Part shown: in pieces, positions 1-7,718 of the stretch
Numbering within the stretch: the stretch's first letter is position 1
Layout: each line of letters begins with the position of its first letter
Virus record (IMG/VR): IMGVR_UViG_2579778674_000015
Span: 1-19,525 of that record
Origin: a virus
Taxonomy: Duplodnaviria; Heunggongvirae; Uroviricota; Caudoviricetes
Strand: one strand, 5' to 3'
Length of the DNA stretch: 19,525 bases
Notes under the pieces: model-generated
What the model saw: only the letters and a program-made list of their open reading frames with translations
What the model was told of the DNA's origin: nothing
The model's database searches: none
Translations under genes and position numbers: made by a program

Positions 1-512
1 TTCACGCTCAATCTCACGACGAGTCATCAGGCCTTTCCATTGCTTACCGCCAGCGTATATCCAGCGACGTAGCTGGTCACATGCGCCTTTGATATCGCCC
101 TGGTTTATTTTGCGAAGAAGCGTCGATGTTCTGAAATTGCCAGCACCCACGTTGTAGACGAACGAGTAAAGAGCGCCGCGCGTTGTTTCCGGTATATCGA
201 CTTTGATGTACGGGTTAATTTGTCTGGCAACCGTGGCAAGGTCTTTATTCAGGAGGGCTTTGCATTCTGCTTCGGTATACGTTTTACCGAGCATGATGTC
301 TTTTCCGGTGTGTCCGTGACATACAGTCCATACGCCAACGATATCTTTGTATGGTATGTAGCTGACACCTTGCCAACGATATCTTTGTATGGTATGTAGC
401 TGACACCTTCCAGGCCATCGTCACCACTTGGGCCAGTGATTAACACTGATGCTATAGCAATTGCTCCGCCACCAATAGCAGCAGCAACTGCTTTTCGTAA
501 TGATGGAGGCAT
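1..512 (-). pseudogene. R: SAR-endolysin (phage 21 R-type lysozyme), frameshifted by a 38-bp tandem duplication; last ~7 codons lie beyond the window start
   Basis: Minus-strand ATG at 510-512 gives [47 protein letters not shown] (Gly/Ala-rich signal-anchor-release segment, E35 and D44 of the E-D-T triad), then the frame is lost. Conceptually deleting one 38-bp copy (334-371 = 372-409) restores ...[12 protein letters not shown]...[20 protein letters not shown] through to position 1. Start overlaps the holin stop (ATGA). Track ORF 249..512 is only the N-terminal fragment. Confidence 0.85.
334..409. repeat. Perfect 38-bp direct tandem duplication (2 copies) inside the endolysin gene
   Basis: gccaacgatatctttgtatggtatgtagctgacacctt occurs at 334-371 and again at 372-409 with no mismatch. 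38 is not a multiple of 3, so it shifts the frame after codon 47. Confidence 0.95.
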
Positions 513-727
513 TATTCACCTCTCGCAGCCTTGCGCTTATCTTCTTTAATCTTGAAATAAAGGTTTGTCAGGTACGTCAGCAGGCCAAATACCAGACTAC
601 CCAGCACACCTATTGCCGCCCACTGTGAGGGCGTGACTTTATCGAGCAACTGTAAAAACCAGTACCCGGCACTACCTGCTGAGGTGCCATAGGCGACACC
701 CGTTGTTAACTTATCCATGGATTTCAT
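512..727 (-). CDS. S: Pinholin (phage 21 S-type class II holin) with dual-start motif
   Basis: [71 protein letters not shown] (71 aa): two predicted TM segments, charged C-terminus, Met1-Lys-Ser-Met4 dual start. SD-like GAGGTGG upstream of ATG at 727. Track ORF 512..790 is an upstream in-frame extension. Confidence 0.85.
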
Positions 728-794
728 AACCCCACCTCGCAGATGCGGGTGCTGTGTAATGGAAATAAAAAGGCCACCTGACGTGGCCACCAGA

Positions 795-1847
795 TTATTT
801 CCCCACCAGCTCGTTTATCTCTTTCACTGTCTGGTTAAACCGCTCTGACTCAAGCTCAACACCTAAGGCCCGACGCCCCAGCGCCATTGCTGCTTTTATT
901 GTGGAACCGGATCCCATAAAAAAATCAGCAACCAGATCACCAGGTCGACTACTGGCATTGATTATTTGCCTGAGCATATCCGCCGGTTTCTCACACGGAT
1001 GTTTACCCGGGTAGAACTGAACGGGTTTATGCATCCAGACATCGGTATAAGGCACGGAGACTGATACGGAGAAATAGCGCCGGAGAGATTTAAACTCATC
1101 CAGCAATTCAGAATATTTGCGATTCAGTGAATCATAAGATGCCACCAGCTGGTGGTGTGGTTGTTCCAGTTGTTGTTCCTGAAACTTCTCTGCCGCTATA
1201 CGGGAAAACAGTGCCTGTAACTTCCGATAGTCAGCCTCATTCGGCAACTGCCACTGACTGGCACCAAACCAGTGGGAAACCATATTTTTCTTACCTGTGG
1301 CTTCGGCAATTTGTTTTGCCGTTATACCCAGTTCGGCACGAGCATCCCTGAAATACGATATCAGCGGTGCCATTATGTGCTGTTTGAGTTCCCTTTCTTT
1401 TGCCGCATAGCCGTCACTTTTGCCGCGATATGGCCCCTGGTAATGTTCAGCAAACAGAACGCGCTCTGTGGCAGGAAAATATGCGCGCAGACTTTCTTTA
1501 TTACACCCATTCCAACGTCCGGACGGCTTCGCCCAGATGATATGGTTAAGCACGTTGAAACGTTCACGCATCATGATCTCAATATCAGATGCCAGGCGAT
1601 GCCCACAGAACAGGTAAAGGCTTCCGGCAGGTTTTAACACCCGCCAGAACTGGGCCAGACAGTGGTCCAGCCACTTAAGGTAATCTTCGTCCCCTTTCCA
1701 CTGATTGTCCCAGCCGTTGGGTTTCACCTTGAAGTACGGCGGATCGGTAACAATCAGGTCAATGGAATCATCAGGCAGGGACTGAATAAAATGCAGGCAA
1801 TCAGCGTTGATTAAATCAACACTGTTTATTTTTACAGTATTTTTCAT
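795..1847 (-). CDS. Orphan DNA N6-adenine methyltransferase, beta-class (DPPY motif IV N-terminal, FxGxG motif I C-terminal)
   Basis: 350-aa ORF with IVTDPPY near residue 30-36 and FFMGSGST near the C-terminus (motif order IV then I). No adjacent restriction endonuclease ORF. No obvious SD before the ATG at 1847. Confidence 0.8.
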
Positions 1848-1997
1848 GGATCAGTAAGCGTAACTCTGGTAGGCTCACTCTGCTTTTGCGCTAAAGCAGT
1901 GGGCCGTGGTTCGCTTGTGACCAGTAAGCATGAGCGAATGGCTGGCAGGTGCTACCAACACCCACCAGCCGCCCATTTTCACAGCAGGAAACCGCCA

Positions 1998-2225
1998 TTA
2001 CTGGCAGCGTCTGAATTTATTCCCGTACCCGCCGTTATCCTTCGCCAGCCCCGCCAGAACTAACTGAGTCAGTATTAACTGGCACCGGGCTTCGCTTACT
2101 CCGGTAGTTCTCGTCATCATGCGTGGCGTTACCCACTTGTCAGCAGGTAAGAAATGAAGGACTGCGGCGGCGGTTTCTGTCATATCTTGCTGTTTTAGCA
2201 TGTCTTTTTCCCTTCTGGTTAACAT
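1998..2225 (-). CDS. Hypothetical small protein (75 aa), first ORF after the putative late terminator
   Basis: ATG-initiated ORF MLTRREKDMLKQ... with a possible HTH-like segment (TRTTGVSEARCQLILTQLVLAGL). Weak RBS, no recognisable family. Confidence 0.35.
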   Translation of the reverse strand: MLTRREKDMLKQQDMTETAAAVLHFLPADKWVTPRMMTRTTGVSEARCQLILTQLVLAGLAKDNGGYGNKFRRCQ

Positions 2226-2323
2226 GACATACCAGTAACTCTTGTCTAAAAAGCCAGCAAGATAAAAAGTCAGTATTCACGACCACCAGCGTGTTTACTG
2301 TACTGCACCAAGTTTACAGGTAC

Positions 2324-2349
2324 AAAAAAACCCGCTCAGTGGCGGGTTC
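2324..2349 (-). terminator. Rho-independent terminator downstream of the Q-like gene (tR'-like)
   Basis: Minus-strand transcript reads aacccgc-cactga-gcgggtt followed by a 7-U tract (plus-strand A-run 2324-2330). Confidence 0.6.
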
Positions 2350-2394
2350 TTAAATCTTATCAACGGTAGACATACAAAGCCCATCGTTGTGAAA

Positions 2395-2423
2395 ATCTTA
2401 TCCATATTTTTTGAAAAACGCAA
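2395..2423 (-). promoter_or_regulatory. Candidate late promoter (pR'-like) just downstream of Q
   Basis: Minus strand: -35-like TTGCGT (plus 2418-2423), 17-nt spacer, -10-like TAAGAT (plus 2395-2400). Would give a ~60-nt RNA ending at the 2324-2349 terminator. The 10-mer GATAAGATTT is repeated in that leader (plus 2352-2361 and 2393-2402). Confidence 0.3.
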
Positions 2424-2454
2424 GCATCATGTCGTCATCTTCGGCGAAAACCAT

Positions 2455-3207
2455 TTATCTTGTCACCTTTCTCAATTGTATCTCTGCATATGCTTCTTCC
2501 TGCCAGCACTTTGTAACCAGTTTATCAATGACATCTGCATATCCTTTGTACCACTGATAATCCGTCAGGTCTGGTACCAGCTTCTGGACATGAAGCCGCG
2601 CCAGTGTGGTTGGTAAACGGCTAAACCGGTTTCCATTGCAACGCCCACAAACCTTATAAACAGGCGTGCCATGAAGCCGGGTTCTTTTTTCATCCAGGAC
2701 AATACCTTTACCCTTACACCCTCTGCACGCTGTGCTGACTTCTCCCTTACCATGACAATGCTGACACAGTTCCTTCACCCACTCTTCCTTGATAACAGAT
2801 TCCCCGCTTCTGGAGTGTTTCACCACTTCGCGCAATACATTATGAAATCCAGTACCAGCACAATGCTCACAGCGAGCCTTACTTGCCGCAGACCTGGAAT
2901 AATCAGCAAAGGCAAAATTCACAAGGTAAGGGATGATCTGTAACCGGGTTTCTTCACTCAATTTGTTCAATGTCGGGTTATCCAGTGCCATCGCGTAATT
3001 GAGCAGACCTTCAATCGCAAACTGAGGATCCTGAACACCAACTTTTGCCAGGAATAAGGCAAACCCAAGCGGTGCTTTCGACTGCACCATCCCCTGCGCA
3101 GCCATTACATCCGTAATTGTTAAACCACCAGAGCCTGTCGCCGGTGCGTCATCGCTCAATTTTGGAGATTTCGGGGAGTAATATTTCGGTAAGGCTTCAA
3201 GGTTCAT
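2455..3207 (-). CDS. Q-like late antiterminator candidate with four DnaJ-type CxxCxGxG repeats
   Basis: Last gene before the terminator and lysis block. Probable start MNLEALPKYYSPKSPK at 3207 with GGAGAA SD. Contains CEHCAGTG, CQHCHGKG, CRGCKGKG, CGRCNGN. Track ORF extends to 3249. Confidence 0.55.
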   Translation of the reverse strand: MNLEALPKYYSPKSPKLSDDAPATGSGGLTITDVMAAQGMVQSKAPLGFALFLAKVGVQDPQFAIEGLLNYAMALDNPTLNKLSEETRLQIIPYLVNFAFADYSRSAASKARCEHCAGTGFHNVLREVVKHSRSGESVIKEEWVKELCQHCHGKGEVSTACRGCKGKGIVLDEKRTRLHGTPVYKVCGRCNGNRFSRLPTTLARLHVQKLVPDLTDYQWYKGYADVIDKLVTKCWQEEAYAEIQLRKVTR

Positions 3208-3220
3208 GCTCGTTCTCCAC

Positions 3221-4216
3221 TTACGCCAGCACGCCAATTGCCAGCGCACGATCGATAAAACGAAATATCAGCTCCAGCTGGGAGCCATACTTCTCTTCAA
3301 ATGCCACGGTATCCGCATGCAGCTCGTCGTGATGCTTTCTGCACAAAGGCAACACAAAAAGGTCATGCGCTTTTGTTCCCATTCCCCCCTGACCGTGACC
3401 TATCAGGTGGTGGGGATCATCAGCGGGCTTTCCACAACATGCACACGGCTGTGTCTTAACCCAGCGCGTGTACTTTTCATTAACCCAGCGGCGACGTTTT
3501 GGGCGTAACATAAAAGACTCCGGCGACTCCGGATCCACTTTCAGCGCCAGCACCTTTTTCGCCTTATCCTGGATGATGCTGGTGGCAGGAACCGAAGGCA
3601 CAAGGTCACTTTCCCGGGAGACAGACGGCACAACAGGCTTCGGTAATCTCAGTGCCTTACGGGCTGCACTTTCCGGTAAGGCATCCGCCAGGTCATTACG
3701 AATCAGCCACCAGCACAGTTCCGGCATTGTCACAACGTGACTGTCATCAAAACCGAGATCCCGACGCACAACAGACAACACCCAGCGGGCACAGTTATCC
3801 GTTGCCATTGATTCCAGCCGTTCCGTGAACTGATCGCGCAGCTGGTTATCGCAGTGCCAGCACAGACGGATTGCGCCCGGAGCGTGTCGCATTGTGGTCA
3901 TGTTCTCGCTGTGCCAGTCGGAATGAGGCCACTGGCAGCCTTTTTCACGAAGTAACCAGCTTTCAAGACATTCCACGCCACCAGCACGACGGATCACTGC
4001 CTCATTGCGGAACACGGCCCGAACGGCAGGATCATCCGCCAGCGGTTGTGATGCCGCCGGAACTGCACCACTGGCGAAAGATGAATAACGTTCCGGCTCA
4101 GGCTCCAGCAGGACACGCCCCTGCATAAACAGGGGCATCAACTCTGAACCTGGCCTGAACAATACGATCCCCATACGCGGGGCAATTTCAGGGGTCAGTA
4201 GTGCTCTCACGGTCAC
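3221..4216 (-). CDS. HNH-motif nin-region protein (DUF968 / NinG-like)
   Basis: 331-aa ORF; C-terminal CACCGKPADDPHHLIGHGQGGMGTKAHDLFVLPLCRKHHDELH resembles HNH/His-Me finger. GTG start at 4216 sits 1 nt after the upstream stop; true start uncertain. Confidence 0.5.
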   Translation of the reverse strand: MTVRALLTPEIAPRMGIVLFRPGSELMPLFMQGRVLLEPEPERYSSFASGAVPAASQPLADDPAVRAVFRNEAVIRRAGGVECLESWLLREKGCQWPHSDWHSENMTTMRHAPGAIRLCWHCDNQLRDQFTERLESMATDNCARWVLSVVRRDLGFDDSHVVTMPELCWWLIRNDLADALPESAARKALRLPKPVVPSVSRESDLVPSVPATSIIQDKAKKVLALKVDPESPESFMLRPKRRRWVNEKYTRWVKTQPCACCGKPADDPHHLIGHGQGGMGTKAHDLFVLPLCRKHHDELHADTVAFEEKYGSQLELIFRFIDRALAIGVLA

Positions 4217-4217
4217 C

Positions 4218-5027
4218 TCAATGAACGGTATCGAGCAGCTTTAACAGCTCAGGGAATCGGGATTCGAAGAAATGCGGCTGCGTCTCGCGCGGATTTGCGG
4301 GACTGGTGATATTCTTGCCGAACATGCAGCCTTTCGCTGTCAGCGACCAGAATTTTTTGATGTTGTTAATCGCGGTACGGCTGTATCGTTCGCGCTGCTC
4401 GACGATCCCCAGCTTCACCATCTGGTGATATGCCTGATTAGCTGTCAGGCGGATACCATACTGCTTCAGCAGTGCACTCAGTGACAGCGTGGGGCGGCTT
4501 GAGCCATCAGGCGCGTCAGCAGGAGCATCAATGGCATAGCGTGGTGCCAGATTCGGTAAGCCAACAGCCTCCTGGAGTTTCTGACAGGCCCCAAGCACAG
4601 ATGAGTTAGACAGGTTTAACTCCCGGCGCATAAAGTCCAGCAGAATCACGCCAGCCTGCATCTTGTCAGCAGCCTGCCCGGATAATTTTTCCGGTGCGCT
4701 GGTTACCATATCGAAAGTACGGATCACCTTCAGATGGAATGACGGGCTGATCCACATTGCATAGGCATACACCAGTTCCTTGCAGACATAAGTTCCCCGT
4801 TCATTTCCCCCATGAATCACACTCACCGGGTCAACACCCAAATTCTGGGTGTTGGTCAATTCATGAACAAGTTCAACAGTTTGTTGGCTGGAAAGAAACT
4901 TTCCTGGCTCCTTGGTTCTGGCATTTGCACCAGATGCTACTGCTGCGCGATGCAGATCGTTCAGGCTGTAACGCCCATAAACATCACGACGAACTTCAAT
5001 ACCATCAATAACCATCAGATTATTCAT
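4218..5027 (-). CDS. KilA-N domain protein (Roi / antirepressor-like)
   Basis: 269-aa ORF with strong SD (AGGAG, 7-nt spacer). N-terminal ~110 aa (IDGIEVRRDVYGRYSLNDLHRAAV...YVCKELVYAYAMWISPSFHLKVIRTF) looks like a KilA-N/APSES DNA-binding fold. Confidence 0.5.
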   Translation of the reverse strand: MNNLMVIDGIEVRRDVYGRYSLNDLHRAAVASGANARTKEPGKFLSSQQTVELVHELTNTQNLGVDPVSVIHGGNERGTYVCKELVYAYAMWISPSFHLKVIRTFDMVTSAPEKLSGQAADKMQAGVILLDFMRRELNLSNSSVLGACQKLQEAVGLPNLAPRYAIDAPADAPDGSSRPTLSLSALLKQYGIRLTANQAYHQMVKLGIVEQRERYSRTAINNIKKFWSLTAKGCMFGKNITSPANPRETQPHFFESRFPELLKLLDTVH

Positions 5028-5046
5028 ACTTCGTTTCTCCTCTTAA

Positions 5047-5436
5047 TCAGGCGGCTGCACCCGCCGGTTTCTCATACTTACTGATAGTGATCTCGACCTT
5101 CCCTTTCGGGATAACCGGTCCCCACTCCACCAGCATTCTTTTCACCTGTCTGTCGTCTTCCCACACACCCGCGTGGGTCAACGCGTCAAACAGCGCCTTG
5201 TTATAGTTGTCCAGATCGCGGATCCGGTTATCCGGAGGAAACAACACGATCTCCACTGAAGCAGGTGCCGACGTTGGTTTTGGCAGACGACGTAACTGCT
5301 CAACTATTGCTGCGCACGCCGCGCTCTGAAATTTTCGCCCCGCCGCGCTTATCAGGCTCTTACCAGCAAATGCCCCTTTGTTGGGGTGTCGCCAGTACGT
5401 GTTCACGCTGGGCGGAAAAGGCAGGATCAGCTTCAT
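5047..5436 (-). CDS. rusA: RusA-family Holliday junction resolvase
   Basis: 129 aa, MKLILPFPPSVNTYWRH...RDLDNYNKALFDALTHAGVWEDDRQV matches the RusA signature. Start overlaps the upstream stop (ATGA). Confidence 0.8.
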   Translation of the reverse strand: MKLILPFPPSVNTYWRHPNKGAFAGKSLISAAGRKFQSAACAAIVEQLRRLPKPTSAPASVEIVLFPPDNRIRDLDNYNKALFDALTHAGVWEDDRQVKRMLVEWGPVIPKGKVEITISKYEKPAGAAA

Positions 5437-5759
5437 GCTTTCAGGCCTCTCTCATGTAACCAGTGGGTTGCACGCAGCCTTGCGTTTTCCTCACCGGCAA
5501 GCAGTGAGCGGATAATCCCGACCGCCTCGCTGTCGTCGTCCTTCACCGCGGTATGAAGCGTTATCCCCCGGGCCACGCCACGCTTTATCGTGATGACACC
5601 TTTTTTCTCCAGTGCGCGAAGATGCTCCACCGCTGCATTCACTGAACGGTATCCCAGCATGGTTGCCACCTCCTGATTGGTTGGCGGGAAGCCACGTTCT
5701 TTCTGGTAAGAAATCAGCATATCCAGCACCTGCTGCTGGCATTGAGTTAATGTCGTCAT
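5433..5759 (-). CDS. LexA-like DNA-binding domain protein lacking the S24 peptidase domain
   Basis: 108 aa; QQQVLDMLISYQKERGFPPTNQEVATMLGYRSVNAAVEHLRALEKKGVITIKRGVARGITL parallels the LexA N-terminal winged HTH. No Ser/Lys peptidase segment follows. ATGA-coupled to the upstream gene. Confidence 0.65.
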   Translation of the reverse strand: MTTLTQCQQQVLDMLISYQKERGFPPTNQEVATMLGYRSVNAAVEHLRALEKKGVITIKRGVARGITLHTAVKDDDSEAVGIIRSLLAGEENARLRATHWLHERGLKA

Positions 5760-6409
5760 GCCGCCATCTCCCTGACCAGTTTTTCCGCCTGCTGGCGAAC
5801 CTGCGCCAGAAAGGCCTCACCACATGCCTCAAGTTCATCGCGCCCGATGTAGCTGATTGCCGGTCCCTTCCAGGTCTTGTCGAAAACAGCAATAGCACCA
5901 GCGAAGAAAGCGCCTGTCGGCACCTGCTTCTCGTCCTTCGGGATAAACCAGGCTGGCAGTTCAAAACCAATACGCCCGCGAATAAAAGCAATATGGTCTG
6001 CATCTTCCGGCCACCAAACTTCGCTGGTGGCAGCTTTGATCAGGAAAACATAGCGCCCGCCTTTATCACGCATAGCACTGGCATGTTTCATGATGTAACG
6101 CATGCCGGTGATGTATTGCCCCTCATGCTGACTGGCGCGGCTGTACGGGGGATTACCAAAGGCAGCACCTTTAAGCTCCGCAAGACGTTCTGACCAGTCA
6201 TGCGCCAGCGCGTTGTCTTCCGCAGTGTAATAAGCGGCACATTTGGCGTTATCACCATCAGTAAACAGATCCAGAACAAACGGGCCAAACAGGGTGTTAA
6301 TTCCCCAGAAAATGTTGTCCGGCGTGCGCCACTGATCGCCCACTTCCTTCAGTTCATGGGCTGGTTTGTTCCGCAGCTCCACCAGCGCCTGGCAATATTT
6401 ATTACTCAT
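5756..6409 (-). CDS. Phage Dam-like N6-adenine DNA methyltransferase (NPPY motif)
   Basis: FGNPPYSR motif in a ~217-aa nin-region protein. Start taken as MSNKYCQ at 6409, overlapping the upstream stop (TAATG); the track's 6442 start is the alternative. Confidence 0.75.
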   Translation of the reverse strand: MSNKYCQALVELRNKPAHELKEVGDQWRTPDNIFWGINTLFGPFVLDLFTDGDNAKCAAYYTAEDNALAHDWSERLAELKGAAFGNPPYSRASQHEGQYITGMRYIMKHASAMRDKGGRYVFLIKAATSEVWWPEDADHIAFIRGRIGFELPAWFIPKDEKQVPTGAFFAGAIAVFDKTWKGPAISYIGRDELEACGEAFLAQVRQQAEKLVREMAA

Positions 6410-6897
6410 TAAGCCCCCACGTAATTCCCTGACAGATACCACTCTTCACCCGATGCAGCGCGCTTGCTGCTTTTCCGTAAGCACCGCTCACGATGCGCCA
6501 GAAAATTGTTTCGTTCTGGCTGGGAGTGGCTTTCACGGAATGCCGCCATCCACACCGTTGCAGCTCGACGGAATAAGCCCCTGGACTCCAGTTCTTCAGC
6601 CTGGCGGGTCAGGCACAAAATCACCCGGGGGTCGTTAGTGCCGACATAGAAATTGCGCACAGGTCTGGTTTCACGAACAGATTGTGGTTCCGGCTCCTGC
6701 GCTCTCTCAGTCAGGCGCGGGAAATGTCTGCGTGTATCTCCTTCACAACGGTGAGCCACACGCCCACTCTGACGTAACTTGCTTGCTGACTGCAGAACGC
6801 GCTGCCGTGAGTAACCAGCAAAAGCATCCGCAATGTCTCCGGAAGTACACCCCGGATGGGCTTCAATGAATTTCTGAACTTCATTCAAAAGACTCAT
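6409..6897 (-). CDS. Hypothetical protein with N-terminal winged-helix-like segment, basic C-terminus
   Basis: ORF immediately after the initiator-like gene. ATG at 6897 (MSLLNEVQKF...) preferred over the track's GTG at 6903. No family recognised. Confidence 0.45.
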   Translation of the reverse strand: MSLLNEVQKFIEAHPGCTSGDIADAFAGYSRQRVLQSASKLRQSGRVAHRCEGDTRRHFPRLTERAQEPEPQSVRETRPVRNFYVGTNDPRVILCLTRQAEELESRGLFRRAATVWMAAFRESHSQPERNNFLAHRERCLRKSSKRAASGEEWYLSGNYVGA

Positions 6898-6899
6898 GA

Positions 6900-7718
6900 T
6901 CACCCCCTGAATCCTGCCGGGATCTGGCTGTAGTCCACGTTGTCGTAACTGGATTTGAAGTACGGGTCCTCACGTCTGGCTGCAGATACCGCAGGAACTT
7001 CCCAGGATTCTTCGAAATGACGATCCGGACCAAAGAACGTGACAGCCTGTTTCACAAATTGTGTGCCGCTGTTACCCATCGCAGATACCCAGCCCGCATA
7101 GCGTTTCACACCTTCCAGCATGGTTTCGGGGTTTACCCCCTCATTCAAACGGGCTTTCCAGGCTTTGAAGGCTGCAGATTTTGAATTGCCACCAGCACGT
7201 TTGGGATATGCCAGCCATGCCTGCTCAAACTCCGGAGAATATTCCGGTCGGTTTGAACGAACTCGCACGGACTCATCAACTGATGCACCAACAGCTATTG
7301 GTTCATTGACTGGTTCTTTGACTGGTTCAAAAGAGTGACTGGTTCTGGGTGAATCTCCTGCACTACCCCCTGGTGCAACTCCTGCACTACCTGGTGAATT
7401 TGCTGCACCAGATAGTGAATTATTTGCACTACCACCTAGTGAATCTCCTGCACCATCCAGATGAAGGAGATAGATATTACTTGAGTTACCTTTTTCACCT
7501 TTCCGGGTGACTTTTTTTACCAGCCCGGACTCACAAAGGGCCGCAATATGATTCATCACAGAACGTTTGCTAATCTCGCACTGGTCAGCAATATGCTGGT
7601 AGCTGGGCCAGCACTCACCCTGATCGCTGGCATTATCAGCCAGCTTGATCAGAACCAGTTTTCGCAATGGATTACCCACTCGAATTTTCATCGCTTTAAC
7701 CATCAGCTCCATACTCAT
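6900..7718 (-). CDS. Replication initiator-like protein (N-terminal winged HTH, repetitive Gly/Ser/Ala/Pro linker, C-terminal domain)
   Basis: 272 aa; GGAGGTG SD. N-terminal LRKLVLIKLADNASDQGECWPSYQHIADQCEISKRSVMNHIAALCESGLVKK is an initiator-type wHTH. The linker is encoded by the DNA repeats at 7307-7458. Lambda O analogy is positional. Confidence 0.5.
   Translation of the reverse strand: MSMELMVKAMKIRVGNPLRKLVLIKLADNASDQGECWPSYQHIADQCEISKRSVMNHIAALCESGLVKKVTRKGEKGNSSNIYLLHLDGAGDSLGGSANNSLSGAANSPGSAGVAPGGSAGDSPRTSHSFEPVKEPVNEPIAVGASVDESVRVRSNRPEYSPEFEQAWLAYPKRAGGNSKSAAFKAWKARLNEGVNPETMLEGVKRYAGWVSAMGNSGTQFVKQAVTFFGPDRHFEESWEVPAVSAARREDPYFKSSYDNVDYSQIPAGFRG
7307..7458. repeat. Iteron-like direct repeats inside the initiator gene (candidate origin)
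   Basis: TGACTGGTTC at 7307, 7319 and 7336; then five 21-24-bp units starting 7348, 7372, 7393, 7414, 7438 (ggtgaatctcctgcacta / ggtgcaactcctgcacta / ggtgaatttgctgcacca / agtgaattatttgcacta / agtgaatctcctgcacca). Confidence 0.5.

Noticed and set aside
249-512. Track ORF (87 aa) as an intact small gene
   Set aside because: It is the N-terminal fragment of the endolysin created by the 38-bp duplication frameshift; covered as a pseudogene over 1-512.
728-790. N-terminal extension of the holin ORF ([21 protein letters not shown]...)
   Set aside because: The holin signature and dual-start MKSM begin at 727 with an SD directly upstream; the extension has no support.
1127-1637. Plus-strand ORFs (74, 121 aa) and minus ORF 1373..1567 inside the methyltransferase gene
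   Set aside because: Antisense or alternative-frame ORFs within a gene that has clear methyltransferase motifs; no RBS and odd composition.
1848-1997. Possible tRNA between the methyltransferase and the 75-aa ORF (GGTTCG-containing segment)
   Set aside because: I could not assemble a cloverleaf with acceptor stem, anticodon arm and T-loop on either strand; a tRNAscan run would be needed to exclude it.
5491-6193. ORFs 5491..6003 (-, 170 aa) and 5612..6193 (+, 193 aa)
   Set aside because: Overlap the LexA-like and Dam-like genes in other frames; Arg/Ser-rich low-complexity translations typical of off-frame reading, with no motifs.
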